Below, piece by piece: positions 58,811 to 64,000 of a stretch of DNA of 64,000 nt. Both the position numbers and the translations under genes were made by a program. The number at the start of each line of letters is the position of its first letter. The first letter of the stretch is position 1. The notes below the pieces were generated by a model that was given only the letters and a program-made list of their open reading frames with translations, was not told where the DNA came from and did not search any database. The DNA is from the human T2T-CHM13v2.0 reference genome, Homo sapiens. Where the stretch lies: the NCBI RefSeq assembly GCF_009914755.1, contig NC_060930.1; one strand, written 5' to 3'.

Positions 58811-59021
58811 AAGCCCCTCCCACCAATCTCCATGGCCACATGATTCACCTAAATGATGGGTCAGATAGACATCGATTTTAGAATGTGCCAGCTGTGGACA
58901 ATGGTAAATGAGAAGTTGAGAGATGCAAGCTGAGAAAGCTTCCCGTGGGAAGTCTATTTCGAATGCCACATTTGGCGAGCTCTGCCCATGGGCTGCGAGT
59001 TCACTGGCAGATTAGCCCTGA

Positions 59022-59262
59022 TTCTTTTTAATTTTAATTTTTAAAAATTTGACAAATAATCATTGTACATATTCATGGGCGACATGGTGGTGTTTCAATA
59101 CCTCTCATGCATAGTGATCAGATCAGGGTAATTAGCATAGGCAACATCTCAAACATTTATCATTTCTTTGGGTTGAGAGCGGTCAATATTCTTCTTCCAG
59201 CTGCTTGCAAGTACATAATATATTATTGCTCACTCTAGTCATCCTGCAGTAAGACAGAGCAC
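59022..59262 (-). mobile_element. L1MA 3' end fragment
   Basis: GATCAGATCAGGGTAATTAGCATA..CATCTCAAACATTTATCATTTCTTTG; flanked by duplicated TAGCCCTG. Confidence 0.85.
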
Positions 59263-59959
59263 TAGCCCTGGACTTGAGGAGAGCTTGGCACTGCCTTTCA
59301 CAGGGCTTTCTTTTACTGCAGTGTTCTCAAGCAAGATCCGCCCGAGGACACGGGGGAAGCCTGGTGGGAAACACTGCGGGTGCATTGGTCACACTGGGTT
59401 TGAACAGGGAAGACAGCACACCCTGGGGGGTTCCACCTATTCCACTTTCCAAAGATTCTGCCTGTAAATCAGAGATTGGGATCCCAGAAGCAAAAATGTT
59501 TTGAATGCTTTCTTTACTCTTTGTTAATTTGGGACAAAAAGAGTTGTCAGAACCCAAGGGCTATTGCCTGGTGCCCCTGCTCCCAGAGAGGGAAAATCTG
59601 AGGCTTCTGGTAGAACTGTTTTCCTCTCTCTGGCTCCATTTTGGTTTCCACTGCCATTTCTCCTTTCCCACGGAGAACAGGGCAGCCTGGGTTATTAGTT
59701 CTAGAGATGAAAACTTTATCTTCTCCCAGAGGGAACTTGCTGCAAGCATAGGGTTGAACTGGAGTCAATTCTGAATGTGAATCTCATGTTTAAGAGCCTT
59801 GAAGGTTCTGATAACACTATATAATATTTCCACATGGTAATATCAAGTTCTAGAAGTTAAAAATGGGTCAAAATGCAACTCTTCAGTATCATGGTTCCCA
59901 TGGGGACCCTATACTTTGGGCCCTCGAGCCTTTCAGAGGCCTTGACTCACCAGCCCTAA

Positions 59960-60200
59960 CCTGGCCCGGGGTGCCAGATCTGACTCCCAGCCTCGACTAT
60001 ATGTCACAATATGACATGGGAAAAGCCACTTAGCCTCTCTGTGCCTCAGTTCCAGATCTAAAATCTGGAAATTCCGTGACCCAACCTCCAGAGCTCCGGC
60101 TACAATGCTTTAAATATGGCATTCTGCATTAGACGTGGACATGGGTAATTAAACACCTCATTACATATCTGTAGAATGAATGAAAGAATGAATGAATGCC
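59960..60200 (+). mobile_element. MIR fragment
   Basis: CCACTTAGCCTCTCTGTGCCTCAGTT core. Confidence 0.6.
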
Positions 60201-62931
60201 AGTCAAGGCTCCAAAAACCATTCCCTTTCCTTGAAAACTTTGAAAGAACAATCAAAGGCAAAGTTCAGCAACTAAAAGCTGGAGACTTTGATTTGCAGTC
60301 ACTGAACAAGTCGAAAAATCTTAGTAAGAGACACTTGAACATTTTAAGTATCATCTTGTGGTAATAATGACCTCTCATGCATATTTATGTGCTTAGCTTT
60401 ATAATAACCACTTGAAAGACTGGGTTTCTCCCCCCCAGGGAATGAAGCTATGTGAAGTGTAACAAAATATTTCAAGTTCAAAGGTCCAAATATGTAAAAT
60501 GTAAAATGCTGAAATTCCTTCCTCAAGTAGAAAGCACCTTGATGCTCAAGCCAACCCAAGGACTTGTTGATTCGCGGAGCTTGTGGACATTCAACTAAGC
60601 CTGGAAAGTCCCCAAACGCATGTCTCCCCCACCCCCAGTGTTCTTCCTAAGGAGCACTGGCCAGTCTTGCCGATGTGTGTGCACTTAGTCTGAGTCAAGA
60701 CAGGTGAGGCTTGCAGGGGAGAAAGCTGGTTCTTAGTCAGGTGTTCAACAGAGAATTCCAAACAGGCTCCACCGCCAGAGCTGCTCTGCAAAACCCTACT
60801 GTTACAGTTACTCAATGTCATTCATTACCCTCTCAAAGTAAAATCATATGACCCCATTTCCTCAGTAAGCTAATTATTTTATTCCTTTGTATGAGGCAAA
60901 ACACTACTTTTTTTAAATTAATATACTAAAATTAGGTTATACCATTCTGGACATGTAAAATTGAGTTTAGTACTTTCAAATATATATTTTTAAAGGTGGC
61001 TAAAAATAAATGGCTTAGACGTCTTTTCTTTTTCCAACTGAGCATAAATTTCCTTCCTGTGAAACTCCATCTCTTCCTGTTGTTATAGATGACATAATGC
61101 CATTTATTTTTCAAAGGGAGGGGAAATCATAATAATGAGGCCTTCAGAACACATTTCAAAATTCAGATATTTAATAGTTGAGAAAAAATAAAGAAACAAA
61201 AAATACAACAAAAGAGAATCACCCATAGGTTTCAGGAACAAAATCATTAAATGGAAAAATGAGAAGAATTCTTTATTTTTGGACCAATTTTAGGCACTTA
61301 AGAGTTTTCTTTTCTTCCTTTCCCCTTGATCAAAGTGAAGATATGATAGGGAATTCAGAAATTTCTCTTCTTGAAGAAAAGCAGAGATAACCTGTCCATC
61401 CTAGTGAAAGAAAGCACAAACGATTCACCTGACGGTGGACACAAAATGACTCCTTCATTCTCTCAGTTCTTTCTGCTGTAATGAAATTCCACCTGATACA
61501 TCTAGCCATAGCACACTGTTAATTACTTTGCTATTTATTCAGTAGCTCCACAAGTGGAAAGCGATCTATTGCCAGGGAATTGTCTGACTCCTATGCTAAG
61601 TAGATGGCATTCCGATCCTAGGAGGTTGAAGACAGCCAAAGCCTAACTTCACCTCATTGCCAGGTCAAATTAGCACCTAGCAGGTCCTAAGGCATTTTTT
61701 TTTTTCCTTCACTGCAAAAGACCAATAGTCCTTAGAAGTCAATAAACCGACCCTGGGCCTTCTCTGCTTGTTTTATCAGCCCCTGCTTCTTTTCCCCTGA
61801 AGATGGAAGGAAGGAGTAAATGTAGAGTTACACGGCATGGGTGAGGGCTTCATGCTAGATCTAATGGTAAGGTCTTAGCCTTTCAATCCATGATGCAAGA
61901 TGTACTTTAAAAAAATGTGCTGTGTTTCCCAGAGATGAGCAAAAGCGTGAGTTCACATCTAAATAACTAGGAGGTTTCCAAGTCCACAATAAGACTCTAT
62001 TCCTTTGCACTAGGCTTTCATCAAGCAAATGTGTGAATCTGTGGCCACATTAATAGGAGCCTGATGTGCCTTCTTCACTCTGGGGTCATTTGGTGGTCAG
62101 CTGAAAGGAAAACAGAGGCAGAGTTAAGACTTATCTTTGCAACCCCCTTGGGGTTTTCCAGGAGCTGGAGAAGCAGCAGCAGATGCTGCGGAGGTCCAGC
62201 TAAAGCAGTTACTTAAGTAAAGAGGAAGAAGCACAAATCTGATGACAATGAAAGATTAACCCACATTTCTCTTCCCTCTAACAACAGGGTGAGGTCTTTT
62301 AGGTGAGGATCTCTCACTATACAGAGTAGAAAATAAGACCCTGTCTCCATGTCAATCTTCTCTCATCTTGCTCTGCTTTTTCTGTTTTCTATGTTTGTTT
62401 GTTTTCCAGGAAGATTGCAAGATGCCTGGTCTTTTTCTGGAAGAGTAAAATAAGCCCTGAGAAGAGGGGCAGGTATAGGAGATCAAGAGAAAGACAAGCT
62501 AGCATCGAACACTCGACTTCTCGTTTCCACCTTTTGGTTAGACTCACTCCTTTATTCGAGTCATCAGGCCCACCGAGTGCCTCGGTCCAGCTCTGTCCCC
62601 TCTCCAAGCCTTCCGGAGCCCACCCAGCCTCTGAACCCTGGCTACTGCCCTACCCCTGTGTGGCAGTGGCTTCCCCGCCACGCACTCTCTCAAGGCCTCC
62701 ATTGCCTCCAGCCTGCGAGGTGATGCCCTTGCTCCTCTGCCTTGAGAAAGGTCTGCCCTGCCATCGTTCCTAGCATGTGTCTGGTCTCCTACAGGACCTG
62801 GTGTGACACCCTGTGACCCATAACCTCAGCAAGGGAAAGGGGGGCCAGGGCACTCGTTCTCTCTCTAAGCTCCCTGTCACCAGATGTCAAACCCTCACCC
62901 CATCCTGCTGCTCTGTGGATTCCCTTTCTAT

Positions 62932-63135
62932 TTCCTTCCACTTGCTGTGTGGTGGGGAACCTTCCTATCCTCTTTCTTTCCTCTTCCACTTCCTGTATGG
63001 CGGGGACCTTCCTGTCCTTTTTCTTTCCTCTTCCTTCCACTTCCTGTGTGGCGGGGACCTTCCTATCCTCTTTCTTTCCTCTTCCTTCCACTTCCTGTGT
63101 GGCGGGGACCTTCCTTTCCTCTTTCTTTCCTATTC
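62932..63135. repeat. Minisatellite, 51-bp unit, 4 copies (first copy 48 bp)
   Basis: CCACTT anchors at 62938, 62986, 63037, 63088. Confidence 0.95.
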
Positions 63136-63783
63136 CTAGCTCCCTTGCTCCCTGCTGTAGAATTGAATCCCATCCAGTTCTGCAATAAAGCCAATTTTTC
63201 AGGGTGTCCACTGAAGCCTCTAAATGATGAGACATGTCCCATCGACGTTCTGAGACTCCCTTCCCTGGGGCTGACTCCTCATCCGTCTCCCCTTCTCTCC
63301 TGACTTGGTGGTGCTAGCCACACTCCTCTATCCCTGACCCTGTCAATGTGGACAGACACCATCTCTTTATGGGAATGTTATTTTTTCAGGGCTACGATTA
63401 GACTGTCTCTCTTTTTTTTCCTCCTGGTGGGAGAGTCAATTATGCATCAGAGTCTATTAATCTTATAAACAGTTATGGAGCTGAAGAGGCTGAATCGAAC
63501 AGCTGAGGCTTTCAAGAAGTTGGAGTACCAGGGCCATTATTATAATGAAGTTTGGTGATGTATAATCATGTCTCTGGGTGACCAGGCACAATTCTTTAAG
63601 TCTGAGAAATGTAAATGATGTGAATTTTTTACAAAGTTTACAAAGCAGCCTCTTCAAAGCTTGTGCTCATGGCCACGAGCCCCCAGGTCCCCACTCTGGG
63701 GGGAGCACCTCCCTAAGCCCGATCAGCCAGTCTCTGGCACCCTCATCCCTGATGGGCTGGCAAATTCAATGGACTACAAGGCA

Positions 63784-63816
63784 CTTCCTCCTCCTCCTCT
63801 TCCTCCTCCTCCTCCT
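63784..63816. repeat. (CCT)n microsatellite
   Basis: Direct reading. Confidence 0.85.
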
Positions 63817-64000
63817 GTCCTGCCCACACAGGGCCTGGGAAAGAGGACAGCTGGGCTGTGGATGCGATTCTGTCCTCTTCTACTGAGACCTGTTTGTTTG
63901 TCTGTCTCTTAAATTTGGTTCAGTGGCATAAAAAAAGAGAATTTATCTTTCTCCCCAGATGCAACAAACAGATGCTGGGGAGCAGAGACCTTGCATAGTC

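Noticed and set aside
62789-63303. Overlapping ORFs with 17-aa repeats
   Set aside because: The 51-bp unit is divisible by three and open in several frames on both strands; no coding evidence

Overview
Human (primate) genomic DNA, recognised as the 3' end of PACRG (6q26) plus ~57 kb of downstream non-coding sequence towards QKI. QKI itself is not in the window, and the locus order is from recall. The only supportable coding sequence is the terminal PACRG exon (6423-6583) and an in-frame 117-nt cassette exon made from an antisense Alu (4375-4491). Minus-strand splice and polyA signals fit an overlapping antisense lncRNA (PACRG-AS1-like). The rest is interspersed repeats: 23 Alus (many with readable target-site duplications), L1/L2/MIR relics, MaLR and ERV1 solo LTRs, MER5A and MER20. 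There are also four GC-rich minisatellites (37, 29, 19 and 51 bp units) and several microsatellites. I cannot demonstrate a new biological system. The best leads are regulatory: an ETS/RUNX/kappaB-motif tandem repeat, an Oct/KLF-bearing LTR promoter aimed antisense to PACRG, and a 1.7-kb G-quadruplex-type VNTR with higher-order structure. Repeat subfamily names and old-repeat boundaries are by-eye estimates.
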